A stretch of DNA of 64,000 nt from an uncultured bacterium (GTDB taxonomy: Bacteria; Actinomycetota; Acidimicrobiia; Spongiisociales; UBA4744): the NCBI GenBank assembly GCA_963827865.1, contig CAWHCO010000001.1:219750-283749 (forward strand), given 5' to 3'. This document shows positions 28,186 to 36,783 of this stretch, in pieces. Every line of letters begins with the position of its first letter. Position 1 is the first letter of the stretch. Under the pieces are notes generated by a model. It did no database searches. It was not told the origin of the DNA and saw only the letters and a list, made by a program, of their open reading frames with translations. A program made the position numbers and the translations under genes.

Positions 28186-28248
28186 CCACTGCGCGCCACT
28201 ATGATCCATTCCGCGCCACATGTCAACTCATTCGGCCCACTTTCCACA
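28186..28248 (-). promoter_or_regulatory. candidate mraZ (Pmra) promoter overlapped by phased GTGG boxes (putative MraZ operator)
   Basis: On the minus strand: -35 TTGACA (28226-28221), 17-nt spacer, -10 CATAGT (28203-28198). Boxes (A/T)GTGG lie at plus-strand 28186, 28196, 28216, 28237 and 28244, giving spacings of 10, 20, 21 and 7 nt. GTGGCGCG occurs twice, 20 nt apart. Confidence 0.45.
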
Positions 28249-28346
28249 CCGATATGCCTCAAAACAGGGCGCGGGACCCAAATGGCTCGCGAGCGAACAG
28301 CGAACAGCGGACAGCTCACAGCCAACGGCCGGAGCACCATCATCGA

Positions 28347-28565
28347 ATGTCCGAAACTGGCGACCGACAACGAGCGCTCGCCGACATTCCCCCGAGTGTT
28401 CGCTTCAGTTTCGGTACGCTCGCCCCAGTGGAAGTCATCCCATTCAACGATCAGTACGAGCTGGACGCTTCCCTCTACGGCATGTCCCCCGAGGCGCTGC
28501 GGACCGGAGACCGGCACCAAGGGCAGCAGCCAATGCAGCCACCTGGGGCCACGAAACGTTCGTGA
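28347..28565 (+). CDS. candidate small protein (72 aa), hypothetical
   Basis: Only this frame reads protein-like in this stretch (…VIPFNDQYELDASLYGMSPEAL…). Hand-counted GC3 is similar to that of real genes. The SD is weak or distant and no homolog was recognised. Confidence 0.25.
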   Translation: MSETGDRQRALADIPPSVRFSFGTLAPVEVIPFNDQYELDASLYGMSPEALRTGDRHQGQQPMQPPGATKRS

Positions 28566-28724
28566 CCGAGACCAGTCCTGCGAACGCGCCTTCCATCGAT
28601 GAATGCCCAAGCTCGGCGCACAGAGCGTGGGCCGCTTCTACCAGATGGTCTGCGGCTGACCCCGAGTGCCGTCGGCCGTCAGCTGCTCGCTAGTCTCTCA
28701 ACCAGCCCACCGCCTGGAGTCAGC

Positions 28725-29240
28725 ATGCACATCATGGTCACGACCGACGGCGGTCTCGATCCCACCATGACGTCGGAGACCGTTGAACGTTTCGCCCAGC
28801 CTGGAGACCGAATCACAGTCCTGACCGTCATCGAAATTCCCCGAGCGCTCCTCTCGGACCTCCGCGCCTTCTACGAGCGCCGAGACGTCATCCAAGGGAC
28901 AGACACCGATAACGAGTACGTCTCATCGACACACATGACGACGGTCTCCCCTAGCTGGCCAGGTGACGATGCGCTGCTCGACGCCTTCATCCAGCAACAG
29001 AAGGAGAACCGAACTCGCCCACTCGTGGATGCACTGACCACAAAGGGACTCGCAGTCGAGGCCGTCGCGCTCGAAGGTACGGATCCGACTCGGCCCATCC
29101 TGCAGGCGGTTGAAGAATTGGCGGTCGATCTCTTGTGCGTCGGATCTCGCGGGCGCGGCATGTTCGAGGGGTTGCTGGGGTCGACCAGTACGCGCCTTGC
29201 CCGCCGAGCACCGTGCCCCGTTCTCCTGCTGCGACCCTGA
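28725..29240 (+). CDS. universal stress protein (UspA family)
   Basis: Starts MHIMVTTDGG; C-terminal ATP-binding-type motif CVGSRGRGMFEGLLGSTSTRLARRAPCPVLLL. Internal ATG 28725 chosen. Confidence 0.75.
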   Translation: MHIMVTTDGGLDPTMTSETVERFAQPGDRITVLTVIEIPRALLSDLRAFYERRDVIQGTDTDNEYVSSTHMTTVSPSWPGDDALLDAFIQQQKENRTRPLVDALTTKGLAVEAVALEGTDPTRPILQAVEELAVDLLCVGSRGRGMFEGLLGSTSTRLARRAPCPVLLLRP

Positions 29241-29307
29241 GCCAGCCTGTTGGTGCGACAATCGCCTGATCCTTGACACCCGTTTCGACCGCAACGAGAC
29301 TCGTTCC

Positions 29308-29799
29308 ATGAGGGTTGCCGGCTATGCCCGTGAGCTGCCGGCCGGGGGCGAGTCTTTGTACGCGCAGTCGGAACGCGTACGGCGGTGGACTTCCGAGCAC
29401 GGCTACCAGTTGATCGCGATGTGCCAGGACGTCCGTGGACCAAGCGGCGAACCGCGCGGTGACGGATTTCGCGCGCTGATGGAAGTCGTCAGCACCCGGC
29501 ATGCCGACGCCGTACTGGTTGCTTCTCTGGACATCCTCTCCCCCGACCTGCTCATGCAGGAAGTCATCCTGCATGACCTGCGAAGTCGTGACGTCAGCGT
29601 GATCAGCACCATGGAGGAGGATGCCCAGATTCTCTCGGAACCTCGCCTCGACCCTGCGAGGCTGCTGATCCGAGACGTCCTCGATCGGCGGGCGCAATAC
29701 GACGACGAACAGCTTGCCCCACCTCGCCCCGAACGACTTCCGGACAGCGATGACGACGTCGTGATCGAATTGGTCACAGTCGACGAACACGCGTCGTAA
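29308..29799 (+). CDS. resolvase (serine recombinase) N-terminal-domain-like protein lacking catalytic Ser and any DNA-binding domain
   Basis: MRVAGYARE...SLYAQSERV...GYQLIAMCQDVRGPSG...ADAVLVASLDILSPD matches the resolvase catalytic fold. The YxRVSTxxQ serine segment is absent and DRLSR is replaced by DILSP. 163 aa with no HTH. Confidence 0.6.
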   Translation: MRVAGYARELPAGGESLYAQSERVRRWTSEHGYQLIAMCQDVRGPSGEPRGDGFRALMEVVSTRHADAVLVASLDILSPDLLMQEVILHDLRSRDVSVISTMEEDAQILSEPRLDPARLLIRDVLDRRAQYDDEQLAPPRPERLPDSDDDVVIELVTVDEHAS

Positions 29800-30426
29800 T
29801 CAACTACTGAGAGCGTTCCAGACGGCCGCGGCGAACGCGAAATCGAACCCTGAACGCACGACCGCCGCCCCTGCTCGTGTGGCTCCCGTGCGATCTTCCA
29901 AGACGACGAGCACCACTCCCCCATCTCGCTCCACGACCTCGACCACACGCGGCGGAGGGTCTCCGCAGCCGAGCAGGTCGGCGACGGCGGCAGCGATGGC
30001 CATCCGGCGCCCCGCCTGGGTCATCCCCCCTGGCTTCGTGGCGGCCACTCCCCCGGAATCCGTGACGGTCACCGACACTCCGGCGATGTCCTCGTCTACC
30101 GCGACCGACCGTGGCGTCCGGCTCCACGACGTCCGTGATGCAACATCCGAACCCGCTGGAACCTCCACCTCCTCGGTATGGGGATCCGACCTCCCCGTGG
30201 AGACAGGCGGCATCGGAGGTGTTCCGGGTTCGACACGCACCTTCTCGGGCGCGACCCGCGATCGATACCCGTGCTCCTCCAGCATTTCGCTCACCATCGC
30301 CCCAACCGCCTGTTCGTCGCCGCCTTCCTCCATCTCCACCCGCACACCGACGATGGTCGATCCGTCCCACTCCACGCTCGCAGACACGACACCGGGGATC
30401 TCGTTGATCGCTTGCTCCAGACTCAT
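29800..30426 (-). CDS. hypothetical two-domain protein (208 aa)
   Basis: Starts MSLEQAINEIPGVVSASVEWDG...; a Pro-rich linker precedes a C-terminal domain ending GAAVVRSGFDFAFAAAVWNAL. ATG 30426 has a GGTGA SD. The ORF-track extension to 30885 is W/R/S-rich and antisense to moxR. Confidence 0.6.
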   Translation of the reverse strand: MSLEQAINEIPGVVSASVEWDGSTIVGVRVEMEEGGDEQAVGAMVSEMLEEHGYRSRVAPEKVRVEPGTPPMPPVSTGRSDPHTEEVEVPAGSDVASRTSWSRTPRSVAVDEDIAGVSVTVTDSGGVAATKPGGMTQAGRRMAIAAAVADLLGCGDPPPRVVEVVERDGGVVLVVLEDRTGATRAGAAVVRSGFDFAFAAAVWNALSS

Positions 30427-30635
30427 GACATCACCGTTCGCCGCCACTCGAGAAACGCAATGACGTCGGCCGGAACGAGCGGATGATCGGTCGATCCATA
30501 CGCCGTGAAAAGGCGAAACGCCATGTAGCCGCGATCGGGGACTGGCAGGAACGGGAAACGACGCCACCATTCGCGACCGCGCGAACGCCAACAGCGCGCG
30601 AAGGGCGTGCGTCCACAAGTCTGGTCTACGGGCAA
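30423..30635 (-). CDS. candidate small ORF (70 aa from TTG, or 33 aa from ATG 30524), hypothetical
   Basis: Its stop overlaps the downstream ATG (ATGA). It has the highest hand-counted GC3 of the three frames. No recognisable motif. Confidence 0.25.
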   Translation of the reverse strand: MPVDQTCGRTPFARCWRSRGREWWRRFPFLPVPDRGYMAFRLFTAYGSTDHPLVPADVIAFLEWRRTVMS

Positions 30636-30784
30636 CGGCCCACGTCACCCTGCCCACATGCCTCCTCAGTTCCCCAGAGTCGCAACAGATCATACCCCCT
30701 CGTTCCCCCGGCTTCCACGTGTTCTGCGGCGGAGCCTGGCACGGAGCTTCCCACCGCTGATAACCTCCCCAGGAGGAGGTGCCC

Positions 30785-31756
30785 TTGACAGCCACGATCC
30801 CGGTCCGTATTGACCGCTTCGCCGACCTCTTCGAAGCCATCGTCTCGAACGTCGAGAAGGTGGTCCAGGGAAAGCGGGAGGTCATCGAGCTGGTGGTGAT
30901 GTCGCTGATGGCCGAAGGTCACGTGCTCATCGAGGACGTGCCCGGCGTCGGCAAGACCCTGCTGGCCAAGTCGCTTGCGCGTTCTCTGGATTCCCGCTTC
31001 AACCGTGTGCAGTTCACTCCGGATCTGCTGCCCTCGGACATCACGGGGGTTTCGATCTGGGACCGTGCCGCGTCGGAGTTCGAGTTCAAGCCCGGAGCGA
31101 TCTTCGCCAACATCATCCTGGGCGATGAAATCAACAGGGCCGGACCGAAGACACAGGCTGCGCTTCTCGAGGCAATGGAGGAACTCCAGGTGACCGTCGA
31201 CGGCGTGACCCGTGCGCTTCCGCCCCCCTTCATCGTGATCGCAACTCAGAACCCGCTGGAGCACGAAGGTACCTACCCGCTTCCCGAGTCGCAGCTCGAC
31301 CGCTTCATGATGCGCCTCGTGGTCGGCTACCCCGTACACGGCAAAGAGATGGAAATGCTCGAGACACATGGGAGACACTCCAGTTTCGAAGATCTCGGCG
31401 CGGTTGCCACGTCCGACGACGTGCTCGAACTGACAGACATCGCTCGCAACATTCACGTGGCGAACTCGCTGCAGGCCTACATCGTCGACCTCGTCGAAGC
31501 GACAAGGCGTCACAACGAATTGCTGCTCGGGGCGTCACCCCGAGCCGCGCTGCACCTCCAGCGCGTGGCCAGGGTCAGGGCAGCGATGCACCGTCGTGAC
31601 TTCACGACACCTGATGACATCAAGGCGATAGCCAGGCCGGTGCTCGAGCACAGGATGATACTCCGCCCCGAGGCGCTCATGAGGGGCACGACCGTCGGGG
31701 AGGTCATCGACAGTGTGCTCCAGCACGTCCGGATACCTGGAGGTAGAGCCGGGTGA
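30785..31756 (+). CDS. MoxR-family AAA+ ATPase
   Basis: Walker A EDVPGVGKT and Walker B IILGDEINRA. The AGGAGGAG SD (30771-30778) favours TTG 30785 over the track GTG at 30779. Confidence 0.9.
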   Translation: MTATIPVRIDRFADLFEAIVSNVEKVVQGKREVIELVVMSLMAEGHVLIEDVPGVGKTLLAKSLARSLDSRFNRVQFTPDLLPSDITGVSIWDRAASEFEFKPGAIFANIILGDEINRAGPKTQAALLEAMEELQVTVDGVTRALPPPFIVIATQNPLEHEGTYPLPESQLDRFMMRLVVGYPVHGKEMEMLETHGRHSSFEDLGAVATSDDVLELTDIARNIHVANSLQAYIVDLVEATRRHNELLLGASPRAALHLQRVARVRAAMHRRDFTTPDDIKAIARPVLEHRMILRPEALMRGTTVGEVIDSVLQHVRIPGGRAG

Positions 31757-32921
31757 AGATCACCGAGTGGGGGTGGGCCGCACTAGGGGCGGCACTGGCA
31801 CTCTTGGTGCTGTGGGCGATTCTGGGCGACGTCGAGCTCGTTGCTCTTGCGCTCCTGCTCGTCTCCGCCGTGGTGGTCGGATGGTTGACGGTCAGGCGGA
31901 GCATTGTCGGCGTCACGGTTGCCCGGCGTCTCCACCCAGCTTTGGTGAGCGAGGGAGACTCGGTCACTGTCGAGCTGGTCACGACGACCGAGTCGAAGAA
32001 CGTCAGGTACGCCGTCATCGAGGACGAGATCAAGCAGCTCGGAAGCGCACGGTTTCGCGTCCCTTCCCTGACTCCGGGGATCGCCTACTCCGGAGTGTAT
32101 GACGTGAGCTGCCACACGAGAGGCATCCACGAGGTGGGTCCAACCGTGGTGTCAAAGACCGATCCCTTTGGGTTCATCAGGGTCGGCGGACCTATTGGCG
32201 CGGTCGACCGGCTCGTCGTCTACCCGCGAGTCGAGCGGCTCACGGGTCTGCCAACTCTTCGGGGAGCTGACCCGTCGCTTCAGGCGACGCGGGCCGAGTC
32301 GGTCCGGCGAGGAGGCGAGGACTTCTTCAGCCTGCGCGAGTACCAGACGGGTGACGATCTGCGCCGAGTGCACTGGCCGACAACCGCCCGCAGGGACGAG
32401 CTCATGATCCGCCAGTTCGAGGCTCCATGGGAACCCGCGCGCTCGTCGTGGTCGACCCCAGAGCCTCCTCATATGCCAACCCCGAAGCCTTCGAAACGGC
32501 GATACGTGGAGCGGCCTCGACGGTTCACCACCTCTTCAGAGCAGGTCTTGGAGCGAACCTTTGGGCGGGCGGTGAGCTGACCGGCCTCGAGGAAAACCCC
32601 TACCAGGCGGCGATGCGTGCGCTCGCGGTGCTCCAGCCGCTCCGAAGCTTCGACTTCGGGACCGCGGCGGGCCGTCTTCGGGTGAAAGGGCTCGGCGGAA
32701 CCCTCGTCATCGTGACCGGAACGCCCGATGCACAGGTCGGTTCGGTTATTCAGCACCTGACCCACCATGCCGGCGCGGTGGTGCTACTCACCGTCAGTCA
32801 GAGACCGGTTCCCGGAGGCTTCGGCCACAGCGGAGCCACCATCGTGTCGGTCCGCCCGGGAGATGAATGGGCACGAGCGTGGATGAGAGGTATGCAGTGG
32901 GCAACCGCTGGAGTTGGCTAG
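31753..32921 (+). pseudogene. DUF58 protein, split by a -1 frame change near 32424-32436 as assembled
   Basis: The N-part (31753-about 32425) ends with the family motif REYQTGDDLRRVHWPTTARRDELMIRQFEAP and then turns into Arg/Ser-rich sequence. The expected continuation (GTRALVVVDPRASSY..., vWA-like) lies in the -1 frame as ORF 32427-32921. Confidence 0.7.
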
Positions 32922-35209
32922 CCGGCTTCACCGGCCTGGCGATAGCGCTGCTCCGGCTCGGTCGACTCCTCAGACCCACCGTCGAGGGTGCGCCCTGGCA
33001 GGTGGCGGTCGCCGCAGGGGCGATCATGGGGGCAACCATCACATGGGCGATGCGGAGCCGCTGGTCGATGCTGTTCGCCAACCTGGCGGCGCTGTTCGTC
33101 GTCACACTCAGGATCGTCGTCCCGAACACGCTGGTCGCTGGCGTCCTTCCAACCGCCCATTCGCTCGATGCGTTTCGATCCGAGCTCGAACTGGGAATCC
33201 TCCTCATCCGATCAGGCGTTGCGCCCGTCTCTCCTGTTGCCGGGCTCGTCATCATCTTGACGGCCGTATTCTGGGTGCTCGCAGCGCTCATCGCGTGGGG
33301 TATCCGGACGCACCATCCGGTTGTCGCACTTCTCCCTCCACTCCTCTTCTACCTCCAACTCGCCGTCATCGACCAGGGAGGCGCCGAGACACCATGGACG
33401 GTGGCGTTCCTGGTCGTCATAGCACTCGTGCTGTGGGCGATCGCTCACGACAAGCTGCTCGACTCCACACTTCGGATGCGTTCCTCTCAGGCGACCCGTT
33501 CACCCTTCGTCTACCCGGCGCTGTTCATGGTCTCCTCGATCGCGCTCGCGTTCGGCGGCGTGCACGTCATCGAGAACGCAATCCCCGCAAGTGGCCTCGT
33601 CGACTGGCGAAGCCATACCGGTCTGGGAGGCGGCGTGCTCGTCGGCGTCTCCTACAACCTGTTCACGAGCATCCGTCAAGACCTCCTGTCCCCCACCGAC
33701 ACACCCGTGTTCACGGCGCGGGTCGAAGGCGACGTCGATCCGTCGACCCTGTACTGGGAACTCATCACGCTGGAGGAGTTCGACGGTCAGAACTGGATAC
33801 CGAGAACAAGAGACGTCAGAAGTCCCGACGCAGACACGTGGGAAGACCCGGAGATGGCGTTCTTCGGACCGACCACACCGGTCTCCGCGTCTGTGCGGAT
33901 CGCCGGCCTCAAGCAGAACTTCCTTCCCGTCCTCTACTCGCCCACCTGGCTGGGATCGGATCTGGCGATCTTCAACGACAGCTACGGCGTGCGGACCGAC
34001 GGTGCCATCCAGTTCAACCTGTTCTCATTCGAGGGCCTCACGTACCAAGAGGCGGCGCTCGTGCCAACTCCCGATGTCGACGCGCTAGCGAGCACAGGTG
34101 GAACACTCACCCCCATCTTCAAGGAGGCCGCCGACAAGGCCGTCTTCGATGGCCACGCAGTGCCCACCCCGGCAATCAACCACCCTGCATCGCTCTCGGA
34201 TGATCTCGAACTCCCCAGCCTGGATCCGATCATCCAGACGAAAGCCCGAGAGCTGACCGCGGGCGGCTCGAGCACGTTCGAAAAGGCACTCCTCCTCGAA
34301 GCATGGTTCCGTGACCCGAACAACTTCACGTACTCGACCGACATCGATCCCGGTCATAGTGCGACCGACCTCGCCGACTGGCTCTTTGCAATCGACAGTC
34401 CTTCCTACCGGACTGGCTACTGCGAGCAGTTCGCCACCGCGATGGCGGTGATGGCCAGGACCATCAGCATCCCTTCGCGGGTCGTGACCGGTTTCGGACC
34501 CGGTCAGGTGCAACCCGACGGAACGATCGTCGTGCGAGATCGCAACGCCCACGCCTGGGTGGAGCTATGGATGAACAACCAGGGGTGGGTCCGGTTCGAT
34601 CCGACTCCCGGCGGAGGTGGAACCGGGGGCTCCAGCGTGGGTCTCGTCGGATTCGACGCCCGCCAGTACATCCCACCACCACCCGAGGAGACCGACACCA
34701 CCACGCCGTCCGACGGCGCCGCGAGCCCGGAACTCAACCCCGATTTCGGTGAGCTTCCCGACGTGCCACTCGGGTCGGGAAGTGACGAGCCGACCGTCCG
34801 GGGCCCGTTCTTCACACCGACCCGCATCGTCCTTCTCGCGCTCCTCCTGATTCTCTTCTCACCACTGCTGATCAAGACGATCCGGCGGCGCAACCGAATT
34901 GCACGTCTCAAGCGCGGAGACGTCTCAGCCGTCTGGGAGGAACTGGTTGACCACCTCGACGATCTCGGCAGGGGCCCATCTCCCGCAGCGACTCCCCTCG
35001 AGGTAGCCGACTCCGTGCACCAATCGATGGTTCCGCTCGCAGTAGGTGTTACCCAGGAACGATTCGGACGATCCGACCGCCTCGACGGCGAGGTCGTTGC
35101 GAACGCGACCCGATCGTTCATCGAAACGGAGTCCTACTTGAGGACTGTCCACCCGGTTGGGAACCGACTGCGGGCTCGCATGGGGTTGCGATCCCTGTTC
35201 CGTCGGTAG
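32867..35209 (+). CDS. transglutaminase-domain membrane protein (TgpA-like)
   Basis: N-terminal polytopic region, then a transglutaminase core with Cys (YRTGYCEQFA), His (RNAHAWVELW) and Asp (VRFDPTP), then a C-terminal TM. The start may lie slightly downstream because the ORF overlaps the DUF58 end by 55 nt. Confidence 0.85.
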   Translation: MGTSVDERYAVGNRWSWLAGFTGLAIALLRLGRLLRPTVEGAPWQVAVAAGAIMGATITWAMRSRWSMLFANLAALFVVTLRIVVPNTLVAGVLPTAHSLDAFRSELELGILLIRSGVAPVSPVAGLVIILTAVFWVLAALIAWGIRTHHPVVALLPPLLFYLQLAVIDQGGAETPWTVAFLVVIALVLWAIAHDKLLDSTLRMRSSQATRSPFVYPALFMVSSIALAFGGVHVIENAIPASGLVDWRSHTGLGGGVLVGVSYNLFTSIRQDLLSPTDTPVFTARVEGDVDPSTLYWELITLEEFDGQNWIPRTRDVRSPDADTWEDPEMAFFGPTTPVSASVRIAGLKQNFLPVLYSPTWLGSDLAIFNDSYGVRTDGAIQFNLFSFEGLTYQEAALVPTPDVDALASTGGTLTPIFKEAADKAVFDGHAVPTPAINHPASLSDDLELPSLDPIIQTKARELTAGGSSTFEKALLLEAWFRDPNNFTYSTDIDPGHSATDLADWLFAIDSPSYRTGYCEQFATAMAVMARTISIPSRVVTGFGPGQVQPDGTIVVRDRNAHAWVELWMNNQGWVRFDPTPGGGGTGGSSVGLVGFDARQYIPPPPEETDTTTPSDGAASPELNPDFGELPDVPLGSGSDEPTVRGPFFTPTRIVLLALLLILFSPLLIKTIRRRNRIARLKRGDVSAVWEELVDHLDDLGRGPSPAATPLEVADSVHQSMVPLAVGVTQERFGRSDRLDGEVVANATRSFIETESYLRTVHPVGNRLRARMGLRSLFRR

Positions 35210-35213
35210 CGGT

Positions 35214-35705
35214 TCAGAACCCGGTGGCTTCCTCCACGACGCCTTCCTCGCTGCGTCTGATCATCTCGAGGAACCGCTCACGGTCGAGCTCGAACCTCGT
35301 GACATCCTCTTCGACCTCTCTCGTGATCGAGTCGATCGCCACGAAGAAGGCAAGCTGCCCACCGCGAAGCGCGTCCAGAAGCTGGTGCTCATCCTCCGCG
35401 ATGGAGAAGATGCTCTGACCGTCGGTGACCAGCTTGACCTCGGCCAGGTGGCGTTCCATCGCTCCGTTCCGGCGCAGGTAGTCCCACGCCCGTCGAACAC
35501 GCTGAACAGACATGCCGTTGTCGAGGAGGCTCCTGATGACCCGCAGTGCGACCAGATCTCTGAACGAGTAGAGGCGCCGGACACCCGGGCGGCCCCCCGT
35601 CGTCTGAATGGATGGTTGGAGGAGGGAGACACGATCCCAATACCGCAACTGGTGTGGCGTGCAACCAGTCAGGTTGCATGTTTGTTGGGCCGTGAATCCT
35701 TCCAC
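35214..35705 (-). CDS. MerR-family transcriptional regulator
   Basis: N-terminal HTH FTAQQTCNLTGCTPHQLRYWDRVSLLQP and wing RLYSFRDLVALRVI. Confidence 0.8.
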   Translation of the reverse strand: MEGFTAQQTCNLTGCTPHQLRYWDRVSLLQPSIQTTGGRPGVRRLYSFRDLVALRVIRSLLDNGMSVQRVRRAWDYLRRNGAMERHLAEVKLVTDGQSIFSIAEDEHQLLDALRGGQLAFFVAIDSITREVEEDVTRFELDRERFLEMIRRSEEGVVEEATGF

Positions 35706-35799
35706 GAAGCTGCTCCCGAGTTAATGGCGGCCATCACAGCCGCCGCCTCAACCACTCCGGCCCGCTCGCCGGGAGCCTCACTCTAGCGTGCCGAACCGG

Positions 35800-36120
35800 T
35801 CACTGCCGATTCGAGCCGCCACCGCGAAAACGGCCCATCCAATCAGCGTTTCTGGAGGATCCGACGGCCCGTCGAGCGTGGACGAATGCACTCCCCGCGA
35901 GCACCATCACAACGAATCCGCCCAGCGCGAGCCACGGGTTGAATGCGAACGTTCCGAGCGTGACCGCCAGGCCGATGATGAACGCAACAGCGGCGATGAT
36001 GGTGCGGCGAGAAGCGACCCTGTTCAGGCGCCCGACCTTGCGCGCGAGCGACGGATCCTGGGCGTACAAGCCCTTTTCGATCTCCTGGAGGATCCGCTGT
36101 TCCCGTTCGTCGAGTGGCAT
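35800..36120 (-). CDS. DUF3040-family membrane protein
   Basis: Starts MPLDEREQRILQEIEKGLYAQDPSLARKV, followed by two TM helices. The ORF-track extension to 36747 overlaps the phosphatase gene. Confidence 0.75.
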   Translation of the reverse strand: MPLDEREQRILQEIEKGLYAQDPSLARKVGRLNRVASRRTIIAAVAFIIGLAVTLGTFAFNPWLALGGFVVMVLAGSAFVHARRAVGSSRNADWMGRFRGGGSNRQ

Positions 36121-36157
36121 CGTCTCCTCATCATGATACCTGTCTTGGCACGTTGGC

Positions 36158-36769
36158 TCATGCGGTAGATGGAGGGAATGGATCCGACGCCAGCGACGGG
36201 GCCCACCGGTCGATCTCCCGCCAGGCCGTCTCGCGGGCAAGCGAGATGGTCTCTGCGTGCGAGGGACGATCGATGAGGAACCTCTCAGGAGGAAGATCGA
36301 GCAGCGCGAGACGGGCGGCCTGGATCGGGTCCATGTGAGAGACGATGACAACGTCGCCCTCGGCCCGCCCGAAGACGGCCTCCACGCCACGCCCCATTCT
36401 GTTCCCCATCTCGGTGAGCGATTCGGGTGAGAACGGCAAGTCCCACGGTCTGGAGAGGTATGCCTCCCGCTCATCGAGCGGAAGGTCCACCCACCGAACG
36501 CCGGCCCACCGGTCTGAGAGCCTCCACTCCGCGAACGCGTGGTCGGTCTGGACGTCGACACCGTGAAACGCGGCGATCTCGGCCGCCGTTTGCATCGTCC
36601 GCTCGAGCGGCGACGACCAAACGGCCTCGACCGGTCGAGTCGAGAGGTGGACACCTGCCTCGCGCGCCTGCTGCCTCCCCTTCGTCGTGAGAGGGAACCC
36701 TGGCAGGCCCGCGTAGACCACCCCGTCCGGGTTGCGGACTTCGCCATGTCTCACCAGATGAACGAGCAC
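36158..36769 (-). CDS. histidine phosphatase (phosphoglycerate-mutase-like) family protein
   Basis: Starts [14 protein letters not shown] (RHG catalytic motif); also [11 protein letters not shown] and a VIVSHMDPI His motif. Has its own GTG at 36769. As assembled it is also in frame with the shifted fabF ORF (36158-38041). Confidence 0.75.
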   Translation of the reverse strand: MLVHLVRHGEVRNPDGVVYAGLPGFPLTTKGRQQAREAGVHLSTRPVEAVWSSPLERTMQTAAEIAAFHGVDVQTDHAFAEWRLSDRWAGVRWVDLPLDEREAYLSRPWDLPFSPESLTEMGNRMGRGVEAVFGRAEGDVVIVSHMDPIQAARLALLDLPPERFLIDRPSHAETISLARETAWREIDRWAPSLASDPFPPSTA

Positions 36770-36783
36770 GATCGAACGACCGC

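Noticed and set aside
29308-29799. Resolvase-like gene as evidence of a mobile element or genomic island.
   Set aside because: The catalytic serine and the DNA-binding domain are missing. I saw no terminal inverted or direct repeats, no transposase or integrase, and no obvious compositional break. Treated as a domesticated fold, not a mobile element.
35800-36747. Long N-terminal extensions of many ORF-track entries. Examples: DUF3040 to 36747, ltaE to 42467, ArsA-like to 49539, the metallophosphoesterase to 50839, the zinc-ribbon protein to 51860, the NYN protein to 54366, the dehydrogenase to 62386, murD to 22152, ftsQ to 16822.
   Set aside because: The extensions overlap the upstream gene, are Arg/Trp-rich, and precede canonical family N-termini. 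Those N-termini have their own start codons, often overlapping the upstream stop. Trimmed starts are used instead.
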